From Lama glama (Eukaryota): 64,000 bases of DNA. Where the stretch lies: contig CM052816.1 in NCBI GenBank assembly GCA_028534125.1, positions 66,094,001 through 66,158,000 on the forward strand, read 5' to 3'. Both the position numbers and the translations under genes were made by a program. The notes beneath the pieces are model-generated. The model worked only from the letters and a program-made list of their open reading frames with translations, was not told where the DNA came from and did no database searches. Shown in pieces: positions 13,440-28,936 of this stretch (positions are counted from its first letter, which is position 1; each line of letters begins with the position of its first letter).

Positions 13440-13961
13440 TTCGCCCTTGCCAACCAATCACAAAGCAGCCTGAACCTAGTCCACGCCCCCTGCCCTGATA
13501 GACCCAGGGACGCAGTGTGATTGGTGCATAGTTGGGATTTTATGGGAGGGGTTTCTTGTCACTCTTCCCCGGCTTCCCTGCAGTTCCTTATTTGGTAGCT
13601 TTTGACAGAACTAGTCTTTCTTGCAGCTAAGCATCTTGACATACATTATTCATTAAGCCCTGGAGCTCAGGGAGAGAAAGATGCAGACCCTTAGATCTTT
13701 AGATGTTTTTTTATCACATGAATTTTCTTTATTCAGAATAGAGGTTGAATTCTGTTGCATTCTGGAGTTTTACAAATGGCATGTATTCAGTGGGAAGCCG
13801 GCTGGATGGAATCTAATGCGAGGCTTTCTTATGTATACTTAATTACCAAAAATCTTTAAAAACCTACACACTCCGTGGCTTGTGGAGATTGTCAAAAGTA
13901 TAAAGGTTTTGAAGATAGACATATTTTAGAACTTACTGTCTTTCTGTATAGTCAACCAAAA
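13440..13961 (+). promoter_or_regulatory. PDE4D: Putative internal promoter and 5' leader of PDE4D6
   Basis: CCAAT 13454-13458, CCACGCCCCC 13481-13490, ATTGG 13520-13524, CArG CCTTATTTGG 13586-13595; no recognisable repeat; directly upstream of the PDE4D6 ATG; TSS cannot be fixed from sequence. Confidence 0.65.
13681..13842 (+). other. Candidate upstream ORF (53 aa) in the PDE4D6 leader
   Basis: aagATGc...TAA open for 53 codons, ending 119 nt before the main ATG; translation not shown. Confidence 0.45.
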
Positions 13962-14009
13962 ATGCCTGAAGCAAACTATTTACTGTCAGTATCTTGGGGC
14001 TACATAAAG
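13962..14009 (+). CDS. PDE4D: Unique first coding exon of super-short isoform PDE4D6 (MPEANYLLSVSWGYIK)
   Basis: ccaaaaATGCCTGAAGCAAAC...TACATAAAG|gtaaga; 16 codons matching the known PDE4D6/PDE4B5 N-terminus; phase-0 donor compatible with the exon at 19807. Confidence 0.93.
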
Positions 14010-17000
14010 GTAAGATTTATCTAGCCTTTGTAAACTCCTGGTTACTCTGATTTCACAACTGATAATTTTAATAAATTACAATGGAATTAAGCTTTTTAGG
14101 CAATCTTTTATGTTTTGCTTAGACATGAACTACAGGAGGAATGTGTGTTTTTAGCGGTTAAGATCAGGAGAAATTGTTTAACTTTTATTAGTTGTCATTT
14201 GCATGTTAAAATAGCTTTTTAATGCTCAGCGTTTTTTCTGTTTGTCATGTGATATAGATTTGAGTTGTGCTTTTCAGTATCAAGGTAATTGAAGAAATTC
14301 ATTGGAAATAAATTATTGGGCTAAATTATTTATACTGATATATGGGTTCCAATTAGTATGTAGCACTTAAAGTTTATAAAAATTAATTGGTGGCTCTTTC
14401 TAAATCTGCACTACTCTTACCTGGTGAGGAGTATTTTTTTCACCTCTGGATATAAAAATTTAGATGACATCAAAATTGACATTACTTGACATTTTAGAGG
14501 ATATCTTATTAAAATGAACATTTGATTATCTATTTGTAAAACTGGAAGACATAAATTTATTAAATTTATATGATACTGCTATATTTGTTAATCTCAAAAA
14601 ATGAATTAGTACACTGCGTTTAATAAGACTGTGTTCCTGCCTGGCAAGCTTCTTGCATGCCTTGTGGTAGTGCTAACCTGGAGATCCTATATATTGTATA
14701 ACAAGAAGCAGGAGGTAGAAAAACCTCTTTCAGTCCTAAATGAAGCATCATTTCAGCAATTGGAATTTATTTTGGATATTTGGTCACAATACACATTTTA
14801 AAAGAATCCTTTTCCATTACTTGATGGGCTCTCAGATTGAAATGTTTTTCATTTTCTTTGTTTCTTCTTAAAAGAAAACTTCCTCTTTCCTGTGAGATTT
14901 ACTTGCATTCTAAGAAAACTTATTTCATTATTAGTTGTCCAAATAGTTATGATTCCTCACCTTTCTTTAAAGCTAGATGATCTAAATTTTTTAATTTTCA
15001 GTATTTGAATTTTGCTACCATTTCTTGGCTTAAATTTTTTTTAAGTACAGAAAAGTGTAGAGAATAATAAAGGATCTCTCCCAGCTCCCCCAGAATTCAT
15101 TTCTTAGACAGCTTGTATTTGATACCTTTTTGAAGGGCTTCACATGTGTGTAATTGATTATGAGTAATACCTCCAGGAATCTAAATACAGAATTATAATG
15201 CTTTTTGCAAAAAAATTTGCTGGACATTTTGTTTATATTTTAATATTATATTGCTAAAAACACACTTGGGAATGACAAATATAAGTGTACTTAGTTTTGT
15301 TGTGTATTTGAAAGATTTATTATTAAACAGCTAATGCAGTGTTTATTTTAGCTTTCAATGCTGATATACATTGAACTTGTAGTGTATCATAGTGCAGCAT
15401 ATTCAAATGATTTTTACCAGATTATTTTGGGGGGAAAATAAGCATTTACTTAATGTTTGACCTTAATCACCTTCTTAATTATAGAGGATTTATACTGTAC
15501 CTAGTAGCACATTGGCATGAGTGCAGAAATACAGGGATTACATTCAAGAATACTTTAATTTTATTACTTAATTTTGCTTCCTCGACAGTGTTAAATGTAG
15601 ATAGAACATAAATTGGAAAACTGTAGTTTAAAAAGCAATATACAGTATTCAGTTCAACTGCATTTTCACTTTCCTTTATGCTTTAAATTTGCTGCACAAA
15701 GACATTCTGATGCATGATGAGAACAAAGGATTTGAAAGCATTCACTTAGAAAAATCTTCTTTTTTTCCTTTGTTGCAACAATAATTATATATGTTATTTT
15801 AGACTGTTTAGACCAAAGACAATCAGAATAACTCATCAACAGAAAATCTTTAGAGGTCACCTTAAAAAATATCTAAGTGCTCAATTAAATTGTTCTGCAG
15901 CTTTGCAACCAGTTCTGTTAAAAAGCAGTTCTATATTTTGTCTCTTCTAAACCTGTAAATTGAAAACCTATAACTGTTCTAAGATAAGAACATTTTATTG
16001 TTTTTTCTGATCATTTTCCCCTCATGGCAGTGTTTATAGTTACCGTAATAAATGGTATGCAGTTATCTTAAAATGGGAGAAATTCCACTTACTTTCTTTT
16101 AAAAATGTTGAATGGTTTAGCTAGTTCTTTAGCACATCCAGCTATACAAATCCAAAACCCAATTGTAAAATCAATTATCATTGAGAAAGCACTGATGGTA
16201 ATTTTTGTGGTTATTAATTTAGCTTCCCTGGACTGTACATTTTATATCAACAGCAAAAACAAAGGGAAGCAATTTTAATTCCTTTTAGAAAATGCTTTTG
16301 TGTTATAACTTAACGGACTATCTGAAAATTGTCTTTAGGAAATCTCCTATACTCTTAGGAAGAAAGAGGACTGCTTAAAATATTGTCTCATCTAATTATG
16401 TTGAAAGGAAATGTTGAGTTCCTTGGAGCCCCTTACAAGTCTTGGGATGGAGATAGGTGTGTGATAAAGGGTTTCTCCACCCAGGCTTTTGGGTTTTGAA
16501 CAAAGGCAGAAGGATTGTCTAGGAATAGATGTATATGATGCAGACATAATCAGTGGACTATAATCTGTCAGTTATCTATCTGTACAGTAGATCCCTTTCA
16601 CTGGCATTTTTTTGCCTTAGTTATCTATACTAATTGGCTATTTTGATGAGTTGTATAATCCAACTGCCAGGAAAATTACACCTCGTTCTTTGTATTGTTC
16701 CAGATAAATCCAGTAATGTATGCAGTGTATCTGCAGATCCCATGCAGTTTTTCTCCTTGGGCACAGAGCAACATATTCCTCATACCAGGTTGCTTACAAG
16801 TTAGAAGGTAGCTCTGTAGAAAAACTGAGTTCCTATCTAACTTTTCCAGTTGCACCCCCCCATCGAGGTTGCATCATTTTTTAGTTAAATTGAGAGAAAT
16901 GCATGGAGGGTAGGTGGATACAGTGGTTCCTGTATCAGATTGAGGAAAGGCTAGGAGTGGCTGAAAGCCTTACCTATTCCTCCATCTTTTAAGAAAGGAC

Positions 17001-17669
17001 TTTGTCATGACCAGGCAATACTTAATAGCAACTTTTATCTCATAGCACATGGATAGTTTCAGGTCAAAGAAATACTTCATTAAATATGTGTTTGAGGTGT
17101 TTAGCAGATTCTCTTTTGATTATATTTTGCCTAAAGAGTAGATTTTTTTCCAAGAGTAAGTGTCATTTGTTAAACAAGATTTACTTACCTTATGCATGGT
17201 ATTATTGGTATATTTTTGAAGTATGGTGACCATTTCCTATATGAATAATACCCTAAATTATTTTTTGGAATTGGTAGGGGAGATAGATATTTGGATACAT
17301 ATTTTGTGTAGGCATGAGTGTAGTTAGATCTGTCATCCATTTGTTCTGCCATTGTGAAAATCAGCTGTCACTATGAAAGGCCCAGGGAACTGGGAGACAG
17401 AACACAAATAATGTTGATCACCTTCTCTATGCCAGTGCAAGTTAAGTGATCTAATGGATTCATAGTTGATTGCCTACAATTTGCTCAAGAAAATACTGTA
17501 TAGAAGATGGACAGAAATTGTTTTGAACACTATTGGGAATGTCTTCATGAATATTCTTAGGAGGTTCCAAATTTTAGTTTTTCCCCAGCCAGTCATAATA
17601 TATAATGTTCAGTGAAACTAAGCAACAACCCATGTTTTGTAGACTGCATGATACTGATTTTAAAAATAC

Positions 17670-18115
17670 ACATATATCCCTATGACTTACTTATTTTATA
17701 ACTGGTTGTTTGTACCTCTTAATCCCCTTCTTCTGGTTTGTCCATCCCTTATCCCCCACCCCAAGTCTGGCAACCACTATTTTTTCTGTATCTGTGAGTC
17801 TGTTTCTGTTTTGTTATATTTGATCACTTGCTTCTTAGATTCCACATGTAAGTGAAATTGTACATTGTTTGTTTTTCTCTGATTTATTTCACTTAGCTTA
17901 GTACCCTCCAGGTCCATCCATGTTATCACAAATGGCAAGATTCCATTCTTTTTTATGGCTGAGTAATAGTCCACTATTTATATATATCCCCCACAGAATG
18001 TAATGTACAGCACAGAGAATATAGTCAATAATATTATATAAATTTGTATGATGCAGAATCTGTAAAGCTATTGAATCACTATGTTGTACACCTGAACCTC
18101 ATAATACTTCAACAA
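17670..18115 (+). mobile_element. 5'-inverted LINE-1 3' end (antisense 17670-17985 plus sense 17995-18115)
   Basis: ORF 17777-17974(-) encodes the ORF2p end ([22 protein letters not shown]); the sense part is the L1 3' terminus (gtacagcacagagaatatagtcaataat...tgtacacctgaa). Confidence 0.85.
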
Positions 18116-18152
18116 ATATATATATATATATATATATGTATATATTCAACAA

Positions 18153-18199
<47 letters not shown>
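18116..18199 (+). repeat. (TA)n(CA)n compound microsatellite at the L1 tail
   Basis: Direct reading. Confidence 0.95.
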
Positions 18200-18201
<2 letters not shown>

Positions 18202-19479
18202 TGGAAAAAAAGGCATAGAAGGAAATATAGCTAATTTTATGTGATTATTAGCAGTGGGACAGTGGGGATATATATGAGTTCTAATTTTTTATATATTGCT
18301 TTCTAGATTTTCTGTATCACCTGTGCATTTTATAATCAGAGTAAGTTATTAAAAAAACACAAAGAAAGTGAACTTCGTGTTCTGGTTTGAGGATAAGCTC
18401 CCTCAACCTGTAAATTAACAACCAGAGGAATTTGTTACTGGCGATAGCCAGGTCTTCAGTTTTGACTCTAGGAGAATGCTAGTACCCATTTCTTGTATCC
18501 AACAGTCAACTGAAATATTTTATTGATATCCCTCAGTGCTTTACCGTGATGAATTCTTATACCTAATCTGGACGGTCAATAAAATTAACTCTGGAAGCAA
18601 TTTGCCAGATTATTTTGAGTTAGAACACTTTGGTATGAACTACCCAGAGAATCAAGATTTTTTTAAAATTCTAATAAACTAATTAAATACTGAGTTAGAA
18701 TTACATTTCAAACATTACTAAATGACGGATTCACTACTCTCTTTCCCCCATACTTAAGTGAGGCTTTATGGTGTAAATCAAAATTTTAAAGGCAACTAAA
18801 TATTGGAGTAAAATACGACTTTCTTGGATCAAGAATCTAATAGTTGCTCAATATATAGAAAAATTCATTGTTTAGGGAGGATAAGAGAAATTTTAAGGTA
18901 TATTAAAGGCCTCTTTGGGTTATTTCGGGATTCAAAGGAAGATACATTAAGAAGCAGTTGATAGATGGGAAAGCATAACATCCTTAAGAATTCTGGATTG
19001 TGATAATGTCACATGGTGGTGGTAGATAAATTCCAGGGTTTCTTTGATAAAACAGGCACCATGGCACCAGTAAAGTAAACTGAAGTTTCAATTGAACAGG
19101 TCAATTTCCAGTTGTATTTATGGGACTGAGGGAAATGGATTGGTAAATTCTGTAGATGTTGAGAACCAATAAATCCCTAGTTAAAAAACAGTTTTTAAAG
19201 GAAACGTATAGTATCTATTCAAATATTTTCTCCAGAGTTCTGGTAGGATACTCAGATAAATCTATCCAGTTTTGCTTTGGAAGGAGAAGACTACATTGTA
19301 ACCTCTATGCAGTATACATATTCATTTCTGCTCATGACAAGTTAATTGATAAAAACATACCATGTTTTATTGTGTGGCAACCCTTTTATGTGTTTATAAA
19401 TTCTTTTTTTTTTCTATTTTGTAAGTACTGATAATACATGTTATTTTTTATGCTTAATGTGTTCCTTGAGTGTCTAAAT

Positions 19480-19935
<456 letters not shown>

Positions 19936-21244
19936 TGAGTTGTTTGTATTTGGAGGTGGATTGAGATGCAAACTCATTTTGGAAATCAAACAAGAATAAA
20001 GAATTCTATTTGTCTTCATTCATTGTATTAATAATTTGAGCCTCTAAGCTTTAGAACCTTAGGTGACACTGTACATTTTTTGTCTTTTACTTTTATTCAG
20101 AACTTTAAGGATTCTCTGAATTAAAGTTGTGTATTGCCCATTTTTCCAAAGTACTCAACTGTGAAGTATACTTTATAGAGAGATCTGTTCATGCATCCAA
20201 CAAATGCTTGTTAAGGTCCAGCCGTTGCTAGGCACTTGGTATTTAATGTTTGGTTAGAAATGGTCCCTAAACTCAGCGAGTTGATAGTCTAATGGACACC
20301 ATGTGTGATAACTGGAGAGGCAGGTAGATACAACACAAGCTAAAGGAGAGCTGGCTGAGAATAGGGTGCACTGGGACACGCCCACCCCACCCTCCATCCA
20401 CGGAAAGAAAATTCAGTAAGCAAAAGCCAGTAACTTGAACATATCCTTGATCTGAATTTACTTGCAAAACAAACCTGCAGTAATATCTGATTAGCACATT
20501 CACTAAGCAGACATTTATTGAACCCACACTATGTGCAAGGGTGAGTTAGAGGACCTCGCTGCCTTGAAGTAGTGGATGAGCATCCTGGGACATCCTGTGT
20601 CTTTGAAAACAGCAATTAGCTTTTGTGAGTCTGATATTCATTTATCTGATAACACTGGAGATGCTTGTTACACCTTACCCCTATCTCAGTATCATATAGA
20701 AAATGTAAACTTGCAGGAGCAACCGTAGGCATTCAGGCATGCCTTGTCTGCTCGCCCCGTAGGACCCATTTCAGTAAGCTGTGAGGTTCACACACTGCTG
20801 TTTTTATATTTGTGCGTGAAGTTTCTACCATTTCAAAGTAGGTATTGAAACTGGAGTTCTTACTTGGCAGGAGCAGTTTTCCTGCCACTGTAAGTGGTTT
20901 TCAGATAGCAGTGGAGTTGGTGAACAATGGAAATAACCAATGTGTTTTGTCTCTTCCAAGTCTGCCATCATAAGTTTTTCAAGAAAATTGTCTTGAGACA
21001 TTCAAAGATGCAACCACTGAATATATTTGATGTTAATTACTTATTTGCTTAATTTTGTGTTTGAGACTATCAAATTAAGTCCACATCAAATCGTAAATAC
21101 TCAACTTCTCTAAAAGGAGTTTTACTTGGAAATATTTCCTAGAATTGTAATGATCAATTAAAACTTGTCCAGTTATGCATGTTATGATTTAAAAAAAAAC
21201 AGGTAGAATTAATAGTTAATGTAGAACATTTTCTAAATTTTTAA

Positions 21245-21424
<180 letters not shown>

Positions 21425-21960
21425 TGATTTCAAGCGTCATGATCAGAAGTATGTAGTGAACTTTGATTCTTTCTCTTTTAAATAGGTGGGAAAGTTCATT
21501 AACTTGTAGTCTCCCCCACCTTAGAAGATGGGAAAGCACTTTATAAGGCTCTTTCTAAATCCCTTGAGATTTATTACTATGTGGATTTAGACAGGTGGTT
21601 TGGCATTCTTTATTTTACATCTAAATTTGATTGACCTTAAACGGTTAGAAATCTTTCAGGAGAATAGTTAAGATTTTTGAGAATAGGTTTTAACTTTTGA
21701 AGAGATACCTCGAGATCGATATTTCAAGGCTGTAAATATGTTGTATTGTCAGAGGCGTAAAGCTAAGCACACCATTCAGTTTTTAGTATGTTTAAATGAA
21801 TTTCCTAAAGTTTGTACTTACATGATATATCTGTACATTTAAAATGAATCATATTTTAAAAACCTAACAGTCTTTTCAGTAAAGTCAGTAATTTTTAAAT
21901 GACTGTGTTCATGGTTTCATATTCTACTTCTGCATTCAAATTTGTTCTGTCTTCCCTTAA

Positions 21961-22167
<207 letters not shown>

Positions 22168-22807
22168 TGATACTTTTTTCTCATTTGCCCCTTTACCAAG
22201 GGGAAGGAAGGATACAGAAAAGTTGGAGTCGGGGTAAAACACAAACAAAACAACTGTGGGGTTTTTTTTTTTTTTCCATTTAAGACTAAGATATGATGGG
22301 GGCAGAATGAAGCAACGCATTAAAGTAATAGTTTAAAAATCACCCACATGACCCTGACCTTTATAAAGAAGGGAGTGCTCACTTTAAGAATTCAATCAGC
22401 CCCTTGCTGACTAACCTTAGAATGTAATTTCTTCAGTCACCGTCTTGTGTACCGCTCTCTTCTTCCGATAGGTTTCTCACTCATGTCGAGGTTTTGCCCC
22501 AGCACGGGGTTAGGCTCTGTGTGAGAGGTGGAGGCTGGAGATACTCTGGGGCTGGAGGGGCAGCTGTAGCCCTAGAGAGGATGTTGTGTCTCCCGTGCTT
22601 TGATCCAGTGGTTGAGTCGGTGGTGCTGGACTTGAGCTGCCTTCATGATCACCGGACACAGACATTCTAATAGTTGGCAGCTCCTTCCAGACTCTCTACA
22701 ACTTGGGTAAAGCGTTGCTGGACTCCAGAAGGACAGCTCAACACTGGTTTTGTCCCTGAAGTCCCTGGATGGCCCCAAAGGTTTTCATTGTCCTCACTAG
22801 ACATTGA

Positions 22808-23122
<315 letters not shown>

Positions 23123-23660
23123 TGAGAACACTAACTTGCCACTCATAACGGTTTCTTCAGCGTTTATACTGAAGGGTGCACAGGGCAAACAATAATTGGC
23201 TTCATTGGAAATATATTGAGTTAGAGGGGGAAAATGTCATTGTGGAAAGTAAACAGTCGTGTCTTTGATGAGTTTGGTCTGTGATAATTGGCTAGGGATG
23301 TAGGGATTCATCTGTGATACGCCTTCTCTGAAATCATCTAGTAGACATCCCATAAAGCATATCTGGCTTACTCAGTTTGGGTTAGTTTGGGTTTGTGTTT
23401 TGTTTTTTTAATTTAGTTTGATGACTTTCTCATTTATCATTCAAAGATGATTATTTTATAAAATAGAAGCAATGCATTGATATTTTTCATAGATTTTTAT
23501 TATCTTTAATGGTACCAAATCCTATGAGGTTGTTTCATTAAATGTTTATTAAAGCCATTTGATGTCCTTAAGCATTTGGGGGAACAATTCTTTTTTGCTA
23601 ATATATTTTATACTTCAGATTGTTTCGTTATAAAATTGTGTTAATACCGCATCAATTGAG

Positions 23661-23900
23661 TGAGAGGTTCTCAACTCAGGGTGATTTTCCTCTTTCACTC
23701 CTGCTCCTCCCTTCCCCCTGGGACATTTGGAAATACGTGGGGACATTTTTGGCTGTCACAACAGGGGAGTACATGCTACTGGCATCTCATGGGTAGAGGC
23801 CAGGGATCCTGCTAAAAATCCTATAATACACAGGCTAGCCTCCCACAACAAAGAATTATCTGGCCCCAAAGGTCAGTTTTGCTGAAGTTGAGATTCCCTG
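23661..23900. mobile_element. MER20 hAT-Charlie DNA transposon
   Basis: ggttctcaac...ggacatttgg...gctactggcatct...gtagaggccagggat...acaacaaagaattatctggcccca. Confidence 0.88.
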
Positions 23901-24215
23901 ATCTGAATGAAAGAAGAGATTTGCTCATGCCATTACTTTTATATACGCTTAAAAAGTACACTTTAAAAAAAAAAAGGATTTCGGAATATCCTTAAACATC
24001 TTAAATACTTTTAAGATACTTTTAAAATAAGTTATTATTTTCTGTAAAAAATTGCAGACACTCTTTTTGTAATGTTTTAGAAAAAAATCTAAGCCATGGA
24101 AAAGGTTTGATCATGAGCTAAAATAAAATCAGATAAAATATTTCCTCCAAGACTATACTTAAAAAGTCCATGAGTAACTCATTATCTAAAAGACTCCCTT
24201 CCTGACATGTTATGA

Positions 24216-24437
<222 letters not shown>

Positions 24438-27400
24438 TGAAGTTCATTTATTTTTGCAGAAAAAATTTCCCTTGGTACATTTTAGAATGACTGAGGGTCT
24501 TTATCAACTTGGGATGTTTCCAGAGACATAATGTTCTTTCGAGATGTGTAAATAGGTGTTTCAGCGATAGTATCTGTTAATGTGATGTAGCCCTAAAAAT
24601 TATTGTTCTGTCCCATCAGGCATAAGATGTTTGAAAAACATGTATTCCAGCATGTTTTAGAAATAATATATGACCATGTTAGTGGACAAGGGCAGTTGAA
24701 AGTGAAGGCTTGAAGAAAGATTTAGATAGTGATGTTGCCCCTAAAGTTTTAAATACAAGAAGTTACCAGAATTAATGTTATATCCCTCATTTATGTAGGC
24801 TCTTCACAGGTCATGATTCCTCTTTCCCTTCCATCAGCACGCCCAGCCCTCTCCTATCCTTTTGAAATCTCCTACTAAGGGCATCGGGAACTTCTCTTTT
24901 GACTTACTATCTCTTTTTATTTAGTATTTTTTACCCATCAATTTTTCCCTCACTGATGACATTTCAGAAAGTAAGTCATCACTGAATTCAGAAATATAAG
25001 GGCTAGTAGAGACTGTTGAGTGCTGGCCACCTGCTCTGACGCACAGCTGCACAGAGAGCCTCCGCAGGGAGGGTTAGTGGTGCTCAGAGCTGTGCTTTTG
25101 CAAACAGGTTTAGTTTTACAGAAATTCTATTCTTTCTGTACTTGAAGTTAATTGGTGAGTAAATTAAATGTGGAATTCCACCCCCCATCATGGTTCATTA
25201 ATGTTATAAAGTCACTTTTATATATGAAAACATAAAGTGCAACATTGTGAATTTTTTGCCCTATCTGTTCAGCTCTGCTTTTCCCTTTGTGCCCTGAGTT
25301 GTGGATAACAGCCTTCTCCTGGCCCACATCAGCCTAGCGCCAGGAGTGTCTGTGCCTTTACCATCCACTTCCAACCCGTGGCTGCAGCTCAGGAGTTAAA
25401 GGGAGCATTTAAATATAGCCTTGCTTTGAGAGATTTTACTCAGGTCTTTTGGATTATTTATCTATTTTTAAATCTTTTCATAGCCTCTGGACTACTGTAT
25501 AACAAAATGCACTTCAGTGACTCACTCAGGTATAGGAGGGTTGGGAAAGTCATGGATTTTTGAAAATGTGTGGCTAGTCACTGTATTTTAGAAGTTTGGT
25601 TTACGAACTTATTTATCTACAATTACACAGGGTAACATTTTCTGTTTCAGTTACTTTATGAGAACCTATAATGGAGCGCTTTCAGGAGTCACCGAAACGT
25701 TACTATATATTGACACATAAATATTAATACACGTTAGATGCAGCTGCATGAATTTCTGTTGTGTCGTCAGTTAGGGTCAACTGGGTCCTTTCTGTGATGA
25801 GCAGGGAGATCGTACAGTAAAATGTACACTGTCAATTTCTCATTATCCTAGCCTGATCCTTTTTTTTTAATTTTATGTATGTCTTGCTATGTTCTTAATT
25901 TTATAGATTTTTAACAAATACATACACATTTTGTTTCACTTTCTGCCATTAAGCAGGGTGTGCTCTTTTTAAAATTAATCACACCAAAATTCAGACTTGT
26001 GTGTTTTCTTTACATCCTATTATATTTATACAATATTGTATGTTCCCTTATTATAATATGAGAATTAACAATAGATTAGAGAACAAATTAAAACAATTGA
26101 TAGTAACGTCACTGTCTTCCAGGTACTCTGATAAATTTTTTAAGAAAAATGAAGCCAACTCTCATATTCTTTCTTGTGGACCTTCTAAGGGCACATGGGC
26201 TTAGATTGGCATCTGGGTACCTGTGGAGTCTGCACTTTCAGTCCACAGATAAATCTGATGCCGTTTAACGTTTGAGAGACACTGAGATAGATAATGGAGA
26301 ACTGTAGGGGATAATCATACATACAGGACAGTGGCCAGGGGTGTCTGTTTAAGGTCATTTTGCTAATGACCTGCCTAAGGTGGAAGGATACTAAGTCTGC
26401 TTCTGGAAGTATTCTGTTACTCAGTGACATTGTGCAGATCTCTGCTCTGTGGGACCTCAGAAACATGGGGCGGTTAACACGTCGCAGAGCAGGTTTGGAT
26501 TGCTCATGTTTTCTTGAGGGTGAGATGTGATGAGGCTGTGTCATCCCTGAGAGAATGAGTCAGCATCATCGCCTGGTAGATGAACATTGTCCTAGGTTTG
26601 ATGAGAGCCCCAGGGCACTATGAGAATTTCTGCCTCGGGAAGCTTTTGTCTAGGGACCAAGCCAGCACGCATCTTATTTTAGGACTCAGAAGAGGCTTAG
26701 TAGCCAGTAACACAAGTAAGTTTTAACTTCACAGCATGCTACAAAAGGTAACTGGCAAACTTGTAATAACTTGCAGACTTGTAGTACGAGTTGCAGACTT
26801 GTAGCTTTATGAAAAGCTCTGTCAAAATTGTGTGATTTTCTTTAGTTTACAGTAAACTCTCTTTTTATAGATATTAAGTTTGTGTTTCTTCTTTCTTTTG
26901 TGTGCCGATTGAGCGTTAGTGGCTTGGACTAGCACACTCTCAGCTCAGTGCTGCCGGCTTGTCCAAAGCCAAAGGTTGAATCGGTCTTCTTGTAATAAAG
27001 ACTTGTAATCATCAGATTCGTAAGCCTGTGGTTGGGAGGTCCCCTGTCCTATTTTAAGGATGCTGCACAACTCACTCTGGTGGAGGGCCACTGGGCTCAC
27101 CTGGCTGATTCCCACGCCTGACACACGTCTGCTTCTTAGCTGCGATGGTCGTTTCCATGAATCATTCCCCTTGTGTTAGTTTTAGGCGCCAAATGATTTG
27201 ATGCTATTGACATACACACTCACTGTAAACATGCTGCAGGTTTTGAAAACAGAGTGATCAGTTCTACCTGGCAGAGTCAGTTAAGCGCATATAAATGAGG
27301 GGTCTAGGGGAATCTGAATAGGATTTAAAGAAGTCGCAAGTCCAAGTGGGAAGCTGCGTAAGTCTTTCTCAAGGACAGTACATGTAAATAAATCCTTGAA

Positions 27401-28732
27401 ATGTAAATAGCATCACAAAGCCTTGAACATGCTGGAGAGTCTTTATCATTAAAAAAAGCATTTCATGTCACAGTTTTATTTTCTGAAATAATATATTTTC
27501 AGAATATATATAGCATTAAGTTTTACCTGGAAAATGAATCTTTTTGTTTATAGCAAAGATGCCTAGGTTTTGGGGGAAAAGATGTACCCACATTAGTTAT
27601 GTGTTCAAAGTATATGACTTTTGATGTCTAAGAGCAGAGACATTCCACTGTATTAAGGTGAAGCTGGACTAGCCACCCGTACACACACTTTGTTTCACCA
27701 ATCTCATTTTAAAGTAAGCTCTCTATAGCTATACTGTGGGTTATGTTATTTTTTTCAGTATAAACCTAAAATCATAGGATTTCACAGTAGAAATATCTTG
27801 AACCTCTCTTCTCCCTAACTTCTTTAAAATAGTCATTGATTACTACTAGTTATTTATTTCTTTGAAAAGAATATATGTTTTCCACATGTGAGTCAGAAAA
27901 AAGATCAAATGCATATGCTTTTAGCCTTTACGGTGACTTCAGTGGAAACAGAGTAAAGCACCAGTCGATTTTTTTTTTTTAATGACTACTTTATAGATCC
28001 GAGTCTGCTGTTTACAGAAACTAGGAAAGAGGTGGGATCTCTTGCTGCCCAAACACAGGTCCAGGACAGTCGTGAGGGAGCAGCGGAACGTTCACCATGG
28101 AGTTATGTGGGCAGCTAAACGCCCGTCTCTGTGTGAAGCCGTGAGCACCCAGGTGGCGGGCAAGATGCTTGTATATTGTGCCTTACACAATACTTGGAAA
28201 AGGAAGTAGACGAATGAATAATGCTTTGACTTTCAAAGCTATCCTATGAAAGAAAATAGGTGAGAGTGTGAACACATCTGATACTGTTCGTGTGTTCCTA
28301 AATGTCCCTGTACCCTGAGTACAAATAATCCTGAATCACACGATCCTTACATTATAAATAAAATGTTGGGTGGGTGGCACGCAGTTCTCAGGAATACGGC
28401 ACCTTATGCTCTGGACAGGTTGCAAACGGTAGGAGTAATAATGTCTTACTCTGCTGAGTGTCTGTTGTTCCCTGTGGCAGATTGGGAAAGGAGGGTCAAG
28501 ATAATCTGGTTTAACTTGTCTTTGAAGCCGCAGAGGGAACTGACTTGCCAAGAGTCAGGAGCATCAGACACTCCCAAGACTGCAGGCTCTATCCCTGATT
28601 ATATTAACAAGTCTGCTCCCTCAGGTGGTGTCATCATAGCATGATGGGAACATCAGCAGAGGTGTTTAGGGGAAATTGCTTCCTAAACCCCAGCTGTCTC
28701 AGAATATGAACAATAAGATAAACTGAAAATAA

Positions 28733-28936
<204 letters not shown>

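Noticed and set aside
26771..26804. Direct repeat TTGCAGACTTGTAG x2 (similar pairs at 44493/44518 and 61988/62013)
   Set aside because: Two-copy local duplications, typical of slippage; not arrays and not CRISPR
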